64,000 bases of DNA from Paraphysomonas bandaiensis. Its lineage: Eukaryota; Protista; Chrysophyceae. The notes beneath the pieces were generated by a model. That model was not told the DNA's origin and did not search any database. It saw nothing but the letters and a program-made list of their open reading frames with translations. Each line of letters opens with the position of its first letter. Within the stretch, counting starts at the first letter, position 1. Shown here in pieces: positions 41,568 to 51,934 of this stretch. The position numbers and the translations under genes were made by a program. The stretch lies in the NCBI GenBank assembly GCA_965644295.1, contig CBFFRP010000108.1:62001-126000 (forward strand). The letters are read 5' to 3'.

Positions 41568-43620
41568 CTATGATTTCATTTCATAATTAGGCTTCAGTGG
41601 TTGCGTATCGCTTGACATTTTCGTAGAATAAAGCCGCGCTGCACCAAAAGAAACCACAGCAAGTACTATGATGCCCACAGATACATACAATATGATACGG
41701 GTTGTAGGGCTAAGGTCATTGATAGAATTGCTTCCGCTGTGTTTAGAGTGATGTCCAGGAGCGTGTGTTGGTATTGACGAGGGATCTGACCACACAGAAA
41801 ATGAAGAATAATCTATTGTAAAACGAGTCGAACTACTTCCAGTCCAACTCTCTGGATCTGCTATATCATTAAGAAGACCACTCTGTGTCCCTTCAGTTGG
41901 ACCAGCGTAAACGGAATTATCGTCATTCGCAACAGAAACATAGGCTTGTGTTCCATTGAGTGATGCCGGGAGAGTAGTAGTTGACGAAGTGAGATCTACC
42001 CCGATAGGTTGCCATGGAGTGTTCGACATAGCGTATATGAAATTTGGGTCCGTGTAGCTTCCAACGTATACCATGACTTGGTCGCCACTTGTTGAAAGCG
42101 CAAATGTCCCCTGCAAAAATCTATTGACTTAAAAGCATTATTCAAAACACATACTCACCATCGATTCTTCCCAATCGCCATATACTTCCGAACTGGAACA
42201 CTCATCAGTAGGATAACACCATACAGTTCCTGCGGGCATATCGACATTTGGGAGAACGTGGAATATCAGAACGCCTTCGCCACCCCTAAACGACGTCCCC
42301 GTCCACCCGTTATCAGTGATGGAAACCTATTTCATTTTTAGCCAAGATAGCCATTTACTTTGAAAAGTAGCTGCCACGCACCTGAGTCCCTCGAGGAATG
42401 GATCGCAATGCAACAAGAGCTACTGCATCTGGGTTGTCTGTAAAAAGTCATTATCTGAAAAGATGTACTGTATGTTGGCGGTAAACAACCTGATATGAAT
42501 GATATGACAGCGACATCACCAGGGCCAAGGTGGGTATCATCCCAAAAAATTGTAGGAGAGAATGAATTCGTCGGAATATTGGAGTGTGGTGAAGGGGTTG
42601 GACTTGAACTCTGCAGCTCTTGATCAGTACACTCGTCTGGGTCACCTGTATAACCTTCAATGCATTCTTCTTCCACTTCAAAGAAGGCAGGAGATAGATC
42701 GAACATACCACGTAGCCACGGGAAGTCTACAAAAGGGTTTCTATTGTGCTACAAACAAATATTAATAAACATCCAACTACGAACAGTCTTGCCTGAAACA
42801 AAGCGCACGTCAAATTGTTGCGGCGAATCTCCGCCTCTGTGACAGGGTCAGCTTCGGACCACGTCAGCATAGTGCTCAAGTTTCCAAAATAGTGATATCC
42901 AACACATGGACATGATGATAGAACCAACTGCTCTGTGTTGGCTTCATTCGATGTCCCGTTATATCGGAGTGCCATATAGAAAACGGAGCGTGCAATTTCC
43001 CCTTTAGTTGCCTCAGGAGGCATGAATTTGAGGGAGTTCTTGGCAGTATCAGCAGCAGCTTCAGAATGAGCCGGTTGTGTGCACGTTGAATCAACAGACG
43101 GATAACAGTCGTCAAAATACAAATTATTTCTAGCAGAGTTAACATTTGAGTCGGCAGGTCTAAGGTTGTGTAAGTCTGAGTAATCAGGTCCGGAACTATA
43201 GAGTCCATATGACCGTGGAAGAAGATGCTCTCTGTTCCAGCCGGAAGAGTCCCCATGATTCCAGTTCGGTTCAGACCGATTAGAGTAAATTAGCCACACA
43301 TTAGATGCATTATTTGGATCCATGTCTAGCACTGTCAATGCGTCCCAAACATCAGTTTCGCTGTTAGAAGTATACGGCACAACTACGTGAGTGTCCTGAA
43401 GCAGCTTCTGTAACTTGTTAATCAGTACACTCCATCCATCACTTGTGTCGGGGGGTCCGTTATTAAGTTCCGGAATAGTTTGATAGTAACAGTCAATCGA
43501 GCAACTGAATTCGCAGCCGCCCACAGAGAGAACGACTTCAGCCTCTGCACTCGATAGGTACATTATGAGCACGACCAGCGACAGACTGACAGCACTCCAT
43601 ACTCGATATAAGAAGAGCAT
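41568..43620 (-). CDS. secreted/membrane-anchored endonuclease I (EndA/Bsn-like) with a second extracellular domain and C-terminal TM helix
   Basis: Signal peptide (...YLSSAEA), WNREHLLPRSYG, DLHNLRPADSNVNSARNN, KGEIARSVFYMALRY, GNRNPF; second domain GDVAVISF...ITDNGWTG...GEG...FALSTSGDQVMVY; TM IILYVSVGIIVLAVVSFGAA. Confidence 0.88.
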
Positions 43621-44184
43621 GATGCACACTATGTAGTTATTGGCCTCTTCTCGTGACCTGCTGTGGCATCTGAAGATATCGGCACACACATTCGTAATAA
43701 AACCATTAAATACATCCCACAAATGGGATCATATTATACGCAGTATTTTCACCCAAGTAATACAAGGAATACGGGGAATACTGCCGTGTGTGTCATTCTG
43801 GATATAGATATACAGGAGTACGATCTAATTATCGCATATATACCACCAACTACAACTTCACATATGTACACGGAATAAAATACAACGTAGTCAAAATCGT
43901 ATTTTCTGTATTCTTCGGTATTCCTGGTGTTGATAGGCGGACATATGAAGTGTTTGTATTGAGAAGGAAGTTACGTAATTAGTTTTCACTTTCCGTCACT
44001 GACCAATACGATCATCGGACTTCACTCTCTGCATACACTGCTGTACATATATATATATACATACGCCATGCACCGCCTTTAAAGTTAATCTATAATCGAA
44101 CACATCTCTAATGTACATTGTCGTCGGTGCTATCTGATAGTCTATGGACTTGTCTGGAGTTTCCTGGTAAGTGGATACATATTG

Positions 44185-45586
44185 ATGGGCTGCTGCAAGT
44201 CTGCCCCAAAGAATGATTTCTTTGGCTCTACTCATTCAAAGCGAGTGAAAGCCCTTCAAGCTCGTGAAGAGTTTGCTATTCTTGGTCTCGCTGATGCCGA
44301 TGTTGCCAAGCTTCAAACCCAGTTCCGTGCTATGGATATGCGGAAGACAAATTATGTGAGCTTTGACGAATTTTTTGCCAAACTTCAGATTGAAGATACA
44401 CGATTTACGAGACGCATATTTAATACGTTTGATGTTGATAAGAGTAATAAAATTGACTTTCGAGAGTTCACAATATCATTGTGGGACTTTTGCACCCTCT
44501 CTGGGGGAACTTTAGGTTTGTTCCTCTAATAAAAACTTGTGGAACCCTATTGATTTTTGACACAGCGGAATTCATATTCCACGTCTACGACAAGAACAAT
44601 AATGGTGTAATTGATCGGAAGGAGATGACTTATATATTAGAAGATGTGTACGGTGATGCATATGACGAGTCCCCGCATGCACGCAGGTAAAATAAACAGA
44701 GTATTACAGAATGTCGTGATAGATACAGGTTGGCGAGTAAATTGAAGGAGTCTGGCGGTAGAATTAACCTAGCTGCATTCATCACACTGGCACAAAGGCA
44801 CAGCGCACTATTGTATCCTGCTTTTGTGCTTCACAACAAGCTGCGAGAAAAATTCGGTGGGGAGTCCTTTTGGATAGCGTATGAATCAAAGCGGAAAGAT
44901 ATGTACACTGAAAAATACATTCCAGTTGAAAGGATTTTATCCCACAGAGGCAATATGGTCGAGATTGAGAAGGCTCAACATACTAGGCAAATAAAAATAG
45001 ATCATCTTATGGAAAAGATGTGCGTGCGTCGTTCTATTGTGAACTGAATCTCATTGTTGGCACAGGAAAAAGGCGGAAGAGAGGGAAGAACTGAGGTGAG
45101 TCTTATGACCTGTTGATTTTTTATTTCCTTGTAGTTACTAATGCGTGTGGAATAGAGCGGAGAGGAAGAAGTCTCTATTTGGAACGCTCTACATGTATGA
45201 CAATATGAGCGAATTTTTGTGATTCCATGCATTGCTGACTAAATTGTAAGGGCTGGTGCGAAATTTGTACGCCAGGTATCCAACGTTCCGGTATCTAAAG
45301 AGACTGAAGACAAACAAAAGTACTCGTCGTTCCGATTTATTTTTCACATTATATGACCATCGCAATAGGGCATTCAATGAACAGCGCAACGTGAAAGCAC
45401 GGAGAGTGTCGTTCATTCAGCACTTGTACGAGTAAGTTGTTGTATATATACTAATGCTACCACGATAATTTATATTCTTTCAGTGGGACACGGAGCCTCC
45501 GAATCAGTGGAAAACCTCAAAGTCAGAAGAAAAGAAAACGTACGACGAAAAAGACCTATGTTGCACCTGCTCCCTCTGAAGTCTGA
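44185..45586 (+). CDS. EF-hand calcium-binding protein (calcineurin B/NCS-like) with acylation motif MGCC
   Basis: EF hands DMRKTNYVSFDEF, DVDKSNKIDFREF, DKNNNGVIDRKEM. Confidence 0.82.
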
Positions 45587-46028
45587 AGTATATTTTAAAC
45601 TCTTTGTTTCGAATCATAGTGCACGAATTTCTTGATTAGCTTGTACTCATGTATATATTTCATTTATATACGTTTGCTTGAAATAGTTTTACCCCTGTAC
45701 ACGTGTTGTTAGTATGAATAGATGAAGTAATACTCAGTTGTTGTTAACGGAGTTGTTCTAAATTTTGTTTGTGAGTTTCGCCCTGCTCGTGCGTCTTTGA
45801 CTCACTAGCGCGTGTTGCCTGGGGGTCTTCCCTTAGGATACGGCTCCACCAGGCTCTGTGGGACAGGGTTTTGCATTAAGGTCCGAATTGTACCGAGTAC
45901 TAGATGTGTGTTCTGTGAGGTGAGTGGAGTGGTGGAAGGTGTCGGTATTTCCTTGCATCGCTTGGGCATCAGGCATAGGTGTAGTTGCCGGAGACGGCGT
46001 CTTTGTCGAGGACCAGATGTTTTCATGC

Positions 46029-46348
46029 TGTTAGAAATAGACATTTTTAGTAATAAGACCTTTGTTAACACTTATATGGAATATTATATAATTATAAGAG
46101 ATACCATACTTCACTCATTGACGTTCACCAACTCTTTCTATCTCTACTACACCAACCATTTCTAGTACGATCTTACATCGTCACTATCTTGTACAGTCAG
46201 TATATTTCAGTTTTATCACTACAATGGCTATCATATTATTGGTTCTCATACTACAGCTAGCTACTACTGTATTCTTTGAGTAACGGATATAATTCTAATA
46301 TCTTGGAAACTACAGCTTTTAATTGCTCACAAACAGCAAAACTCAACA
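46029..46348 (-). repeat. 3' LTR
   Basis: tgttagaaatag...aaaactcaaca; 3 substitutions versus the 5' LTR; PPT (AATTGAGAGGGAG on minus) at 46349-46361. Confidence 0.97.
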
Positions 46349-46475
46349 CTCCCTCTCAATTCAAAGCTGTAACACATGGCATAACTGACGGATACGCAAC
46401 CACCGAAACCGTATAGGACAAACCGGTGGACGTATGGCTCCGACGTTTCAGCTAGCCTCTCCGTAGACAACACGT

Positions 46476-49400
46476 TTATGAGCCTCTGTTTCGTTTGTAT
46501 GAATTCTCTCTGATGACATCCACAGATGACTTCTGATCTTCTCCTAGACATCTCTTTCTATGCTTCTCGTATATAACGCCACACAAAGATTTCGTAAATA
46601 TGTCTGCAGTCTGGTTATCAGTTCCAACGTGATACAATATCGCAGTGTTAAAACGTCCTTCTGGATCTACATGTTCACGCACCCAGTGGTATTTGATTTC
46701 AATGTGTTTTGATCTTTTGTGGAACACTGGATTTAATGCTAGATCACGAGCACTCTGGCTATCTAAAAAAAATGGAGTGGGTTCGTACAGTCGAAGTCCC
46801 AATTCGGCCAACACCCCCCGAAGCCACACCAGTTCCTGCATGCCAGCGTACATAGCTTGGTACTCACTCTGCATTGAAGACGTAGACACAGTAACTTGTA
46901 AGATTGATTGCCAGGTGAGTGGTCCACCTGCTGCAAACACAATGTATCCAGTTGTCGACCTTCGTGACACAGTATCGCCTGCCCAGTCAGCGTCTGTGAA
47001 AATATGCATGTCAAAGCTCTTACCACTGAACCGAATACCTTTCCGCACAGTACCCCTGATGTATTGTAACAAATAAGTCATCAACTTGCATGTAGCCTTT
47101 GTTGGTTTCGAAGCATATCGTGACAATAGGCCAACAGCATACGCAATATCTGGACGCGTATTCATTGATAGATATAGCATGGCACCTAGTAAGCTACGAT
47201 AGGGATAATTGTCGACTCCCTCTTCCTCCTGAGATGAGTTCTCACTATCAGTGCAATTAATCCTGTCCATGGCATCTACAGGTAGTGGGGATTTGCGAAC
47301 TTTGTTTGAAGGTCCAAGGAATGCTGCATATTTGGTGAGAATTTTTTCAGCGTATGTCGATTGGTCAAGTTGAATATAATTCTTGGTCCTTGTAACTCGA
47401 ACGTTGAGAAAATGCTCTAATTCTCCCATGTCTGACATGTCAAATCTTTCACAAAACCGTTTCTTGATTTCTGTCAAAATAGTCAGATCCGCACAAGCGA
47501 TTACTATATCATCAACGTATATGGTTAAGTACACACGATGACCTTTGTACATCATATAATATAGACATGGTTCTAAAATGCAGGGTTTGAATCCCAAAGA
47601 CTTTATAAATCCATGTATGGTCTTCCACCATGAACGTGGAGAACTCCGAAGGCCATATAGTGAGCGATATAGTTTGAAACAGTGTCCTGGTGGCAACTGA
47701 AAATCGGGAGGAGGGTCCATGTACACGTCTCCTTCGATTTTAGCATAACAGAATGCATTCGACACGTCAAGTTGATGGATGTGCATACTAAACATGAAAG
47801 CAAGGGCAATGATTAGTCTAACCGTAATCGATTTCACCACAGGAGCAAATGTATTTTCGACGTCTATACCTGTCCTTTGACCATATCCCAGAGCGACCAG
47901 ACGAGCTTTATGCTTTTTTATTGATCCATCTTTATTGTATTTTCGTTTGAACACATATCTGGACTTTAGAGGTCTAACACCAGGTGGCGTCTCAACGACA
48001 TTAAACACTTCCCGCTTGAATAATGCATTCCGTTCTAATCGTCTAGCTTCCTTCCAATTTGAAGCTTCAGGACATGTCAATGACTCTTCATACGTCTCAG
48101 GCTCTCTATAAGTAGACGAGTTAGACATAAGTGCGCAATCACTCTCATCACACAAGTTAACAATCTCCTCGTCATGGAGAAGGTTTACCTCACCCAGGGT
48201 GGACACATTAGTCAACACCCTTCGTATTCGCGTACGTTTACCACTGGTCTCCCTTGACTCAGCATGTACAGTACCACTATTCTCACTTGGCACACAAGAA
48301 GGTACATTCTCAAAGACACGATTCGCGCTGACCCCACTCGGTACAGCACCCGCACTACTCTCCGGCAAAGTACGAAGGGACATTCTCTTCCCTGGAATCT
48401 CATCCGCCGTAGACTTATTGGGCGTGTCACCCGAAGCCGGCGTAGATGACGATCCACCTCTCTTGTCGTCACAAGAACGAGGTTTTGAGTACAGCCTGCG
48501 GTTATAGTCACCAGTCAACTCGGCAATATCACGTACGTGAATAGGGACTTTTTCTTCTATCTGCTCTTTCCCAGCAGTTACTAGCGCCCTAAACGCCACA
48601 ATTAGTCCTTTTCGAACCACAACTCTCGTAGTCTTGAAGAGAAACCCGTCGTCCACATGATACGAACCAATCAGATGTTTAAACTCTTCAACTGATCGAT
48701 CTAATGGGTCAGTTTTGACTAAGGCCTCTTCAAGCTCTGCATAGTACTCCTTATCTCTTGGAGGTATACTTTCATCATACAGAACATGTACTGATACGAC
48801 TTCTTTGTCACCAAGCCACACACGGGATCCCTTTTTCGTATTCGATAGACCTATGAAATACCCAGTCTGCGACTTCTCCTGCCAGTCCTTTCGACGATCA
48901 CCTTTGGGAATAAGCACATAAGCCTTGCACCCCCAGCGTCGAAATCTCGATAAGTCAGGGACTGAACCTCCTGGGACGCATTCCATTGGAGACATCCAAC
49001 CTCGATATGTACGTGTAGGCATTCGTCGAACTATCATGCATGCATATACATAAGCATCCCACCAAAAAATTACGGGTAATCCTGAGTCCATTAACAGAGC
49101 CAGAGTCATTTCTCCCAATGTTCGATTCCTACGCTCAGATACACCATTCATCTCAGGGCTGTCTGTGGAGCTCCAAGTGATGCTAGTTCCAAACTTGCTC
49201 ATTAAGTATTGCTGAATGGACTTGTCGATCAACTCAGCCCCCCCATCCGAATGGTACTGTATCAACCGGTGTGAACCGGGATATGTAGGGAGTTTACGCT
49301 CAACCCAGTCCTTCACGCAACTCAACACCTCATTCGCAGACCGTGTCTCCAACGGATATTCCCAAAACTCCTTGGTGGCTATATCTGATAATGTCAGAAC

Positions 49401-50150
49401 ATATTTGTATCCTTGTCTGGATGGGCAATTGAAATATACAGCAATGTCCACAGAAACCTTCTCAAGGAACTCTGTAGCTTGCAGTTCGTCATCTCTCTTT
49501 GCGGTGAATGATTTCCTTGTCATCTTTGATTTTGCGCAAGCTTTACAAATACCTTTCATTTTTCGTAAACTCTTCTTGCTGAGATGTCGTCGGGTTAATC
49601 CGCTCCCGGTAAAAAGTCTGTGTTTAAACGCTTCAATCAGCTTATGTTTGCTGACGTGTCCACAGCGCTTGTGTAACATCTCTAACGGATCTTCATGCAC
49701 CTTGTCGGACAAATATACTTCCTCCAGCATTGTCAAATTTGGAAGATCAAGTATTTCCTGTAAATTTACATAAGGCATTCCGTTGCTTGAGTAGGTTGCC
49801 TCCAATACAGTCTCCCCAGTATCAAGTCGCACAACAGTGGGCTTGTTCAACAACTGCAATCCATACCCGTGAGAACGGAGTATTCCTCCAGAGCAGATAT
49901 TCTTGACTGATCCAGGGCAGATCTTGATGTCAGTCCAATCGCCAAAGCCTCCAGTTTCCTCATAGTGTAAACTGGATCCAGCTCTGGTTGTCTGTATATT
50001 TCCATCCTCCTTCTTGACCGTATGAAGGAAATTTCTGTCCTTAACAATGAACAGTTTATTAGAGGCACAGCTGTCTAAATACACGGGTTCATCGGAAGTG
50101 TGTAGCACCTCTTCAGAGACACATGAATCATCATGCAAGACCTGAGTTGT
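46476..50150 (-). CDS. pol: copia Pol: protease, GAG-pre-integrase, integrase, RT, RNase H
   Basis: YLDSCAS; LHKRCGH...CKAC; SVDI...HSDGGAE...PEMNGVSER; KARLVALG, LDVSNAF, YVDD; FTDADWAG, RSKHIEIKYH, ADIFTK. Confidence 0.95.
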   Translation of the reverse strand, partial: TTQVLHDDSCVSEEVLHTSDEPVYLDSCASNKLFIVKDRNFLHTVKKEDGNIQTTRAGSSLHYEETGGFGDWTDIKICPGSVKNICSGGILRSHGYGLQLLNKPTVVRLDTGETVLEATYSSNGMPYVNLQEILDLPNLTMLEEVYLSDKVHEDPLEMLHKRCGHVSKHKLIEAFKHRLFTGSGLTRRHLSKKSLRKMKGICKACAKSKMTRKSFTAKRDDELQATEFLEKVSVDIAVYFNCPSRQGYKYVLTLSDIATKEFWEYPLETRSANEVLSCVKDWVERKLPTYPGSHRLIQYHSDGGAELIDKSIQQYLMSKFGTSITWSSTDSPEMNGVSERRNRTLGEMTLALLMDSGLPVIFWWDAYVYACMIVRRMPTRTYRGWMSPMECVPGGSVPDLSRFRRWGCKAYVLIPKGDRRKDWQEKSQTGYFIGLSNTKKGSRVWLGDKEVVSVHVLYDESIPPRDKEYYAELEEALVKTDPLDRSVEEFKHLIGSYHVDDGFLFKTTRVVVRKGLIVAFRALVTAGKEQIEEKVPIHVRDIAELTGDYNRRLYSKPRSCDDKRGGSSSTPASGDTPNKSTADEIPGKRMSLRTLPESSAGAVPSGVSANRVFENVPSCVPSENSGTVHAESRETSGKRTRIRRVLTNVSTLGEVNLLHDEEIVNLCDESDCALMSNSSTYREPETYEESLTCPEASNWKEARRLERNALFKREVFNVVETPPGVRPLKSRYVFKRKYNKDGSIKKHKARLVALGYGQRTGIDVENTFAPVVKSITVRLIIALAFMFSMHIHQLDVSNAFCYAKIEGDVYMDPPPDFQLPPGHCFKLYRSLYGLRSSPRSWWKTIHGFIKSLGFKPCILEPCLYYMMYKGHRVYLTIYVDDIVIACADLTILTEIKKRFCERFDMSDMGELEHFLNVRVTRTKNYIQLDQSTYAEKILTKYAAFLGPSNKVRKSPLPVDAMDRINCTDSENSSQEEEGVDNYPYRSLLGAMLYLSMNTRPDIAYAVGLLSRYASKPTKATCKLMTYLLQYIRGTVRKGIRFSGKSFDMHIFTDADWAGDTVSRRSTTGYIVFAAGGPLTWQSILQVTVSTSSMQSEYQAMYAGMQELVWLRGVLAELGLRLYEPTPFFLDSQSARDLALNPVFHKRSKHIEIKYHWVREHVDPEGRFNTAILYHVGTDNQTADIFTKSLCGVIYEKHRKRCLGEDQKSSVDVIRENSYKRNRGS

Positions 50151-51226
50151 TCATACATGTTCACAGAGTCCGAATCTTCCTCTTGCTCCTCTCTCCGCAA
50201 AAAAAGATTCCAATCTGTGCGTTTTGCAGGCTTTTCGTCCAAAAATGGCCGGTTTTTGTCTCCTTGGGCAGAGTCACTACGTACTTGAGCACGAAATTTG
50301 CACTTATACGCACGATGTCTGGTGTCTCCACATACATAGCAGCCATCTGATTTTTTCTTCTCGTTGTTGTCTCTGCGACTCTCAGATCGATTCCTAGCGC
50401 CACGACTCTTTCCCTGCCTTCTTAATTTCGCGATCTTAAGGTCTCTCTTCTTCTTCCAGCACGATTTCTGTGAGTGACCCCGTTTGCCACATTTGGGATA
50501 GCTGCACACCTCATTTTCATCAGCAGTGGAATTCATGTTTACTTCGTCGGTGCCTTCTTTCGGGACACCTTTTGCCTGATCGTATCTCCTGCATATGGTG
50601 ATCATATCAATAAAGGTTATGTCACCTTGTAGGTAGAGATTGGTGTACAATTGCTCCAAATCGCTTCGTGTTTCGAGGGCAGTCTGTAACTTCGTTTTTT
50701 TAGCGATGTCAGTGGGTGGTTCCCCCAACTCGGACATTTTTTGACAGATGCCGTTTAGTCGATCGATTGCTGCGCACACGAGTTCCCCCGGTAGAATTTT
50801 GAATCCTGCAAACTTCTTATTCAATTCAACTAATTCATATTGGATTTCCCCTCGAAACCGAACAATTAACCTAGAGATGAGTTCACTCGCTAACTGCTCT
50901 TTATCAGGATGGTCCTGCGGGAGCATATCCTTTTCCCGGAAGTACTGATCCACGATCTCAAGGGCTTCAGCGACTGGTTGAACAGCTTCAAATATCGAAC
51001 TGATGCACGTGTCTTTCCTCTCCAGCCACTTGTCCAGATCCTCCTTGTACTTATTTCGGACTGTCACTGGCGCATTATTTGCTGGTCTTACTGGACGGTC
51101 CTCTAGACCCAGATGGTTCCTGTTCTTCCTCATCAACCACACTTTCAGATTCTTTGACCAATTCACTACACCGAACTGATCAAATTTAGGAAGAAGTTTC
51201 CACTCCGAACTACTGTCTGCTACCAT
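50075..51226 (-). CDS. gag: copia Gag with two zinc knuckles
   Basis: ATG at the LTR/PBS junction; CSYPKCGKRGHSQKSC and CYVCGDTRHRAYKC. Confidence 0.88.
   Translation of the reverse strand: MVADSSSEWKLLPKFDQFGVVNWSKNLKVWLMRKNRNHLGLEDRPVRPANNAPVTVRNKYKEDLDKWLERKDTCISSIFEAVQPVAEALEIVDQYFREKDMLPQDHPDKEQLASELISRLIVRFRGEIQYELVELNKKFAGFKILPGELVCAAIDRLNGICQKMSELGEPPTDIAKKTKLQTALETRSDLEQLYTNLYLQGDITFIDMITICRRYDQAKGVPKEGTDEVNMNSTADENEVCSYPKCGKRGHSQKSCWKKKRDLKIAKLRRQGKSRGARNRSESRRDNNEKKKSDGCYVCGDTRHRAYKCKFRAQVRSDSAQGDKNRPFLDEKPAKRTDWNLFLRREEQEEDSDSVNMYEQLRSCMMIHVSLKRCYTLPMNPCI
51216..51225 (-). promoter_or_regulatory. primer binding site, tRNA-iMet-like
   Basis: TGGTAGCAGA directly abutting the 5' LTR. 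Confidence 0.75.
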
Positions 51227-51545
51227 GTTAGAAATAGACATTTTTAACAATAAGACCTTTGTTAACACTTATATGGAATATTATATAATTATAAGAGATA
51301 CCATACTTCATTCATTGACGTTCACCAACTCTTTCTATCTCTACTACACCAACCATTTCTAGTACGATCTTACATCGTCACTATCTTGTACAGTCAGTAT
51401 ATTTCAGTTTTATCACTACAATGGCTATCATATTATTGGTTCTCATACTACAGCTAGCTACTACTGTATTCTTTGAGTAACGGATATAATTCTAATATCT
51501 TGGAAACTACAGCTTTTAATTGCTCACAAACAGCAAAACTCAACA
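51226..51545 (-). repeat. 5' LTR
   Basis: 320-bp direct repeat of 46029-46348. Confidence 0.97.
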
Positions 51546-51934
51546 GGAAGCTACAAACAGATATACTAGGTTTTCAACGGCATGAGGTTAAGCTACAATA
51601 CGACCTAGGGATAAGGAGTATCGTGTATCGTCCCCTATCTAAATTTTAAAACTCGAGCACTTCGATATAGCCTCCTTATTACCAGTGGTTAAATATAATA
51701 TAGTGGAAGTTTAAAGGTTCAGTTGATTAATTTCTATAATCCAAATGTCAGTTTCGGAAAAAGAAGCAAGCAATTCTACCAAGTACCAAACCGAATTATT
51801 TCAATACTTTCAATTGCTAGAGCACATGTACTGCAATAACAAGATACATTATGCCCATTGTACTTAATTCTGATTCCAAGCCAACATCAATAATTCTAGA
51901 AGAGAGATCACACGCATACAAACTTCAAAAACGT

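Larger units (their letters stand above)
46029..51545 (-). mobile_element. full-length Ty1/copia LTR retrotransposon
   Basis: Two 320-bp TG...CA LTRs; PBS, PPT and gag; PR-IN-RT-RH domain order. Confidence 0.97.

Noticed and set aside
45805-46071. ORF starting MLTKVLLLKMSISN like gag
   Set aside because: Read-out from the 3' LTR into flanking DNA, not a second gag.
46645-49773. Plus-strand ORFs inside the retrotransposon
   Set aside because: Antisense shadows of pol without independent features.
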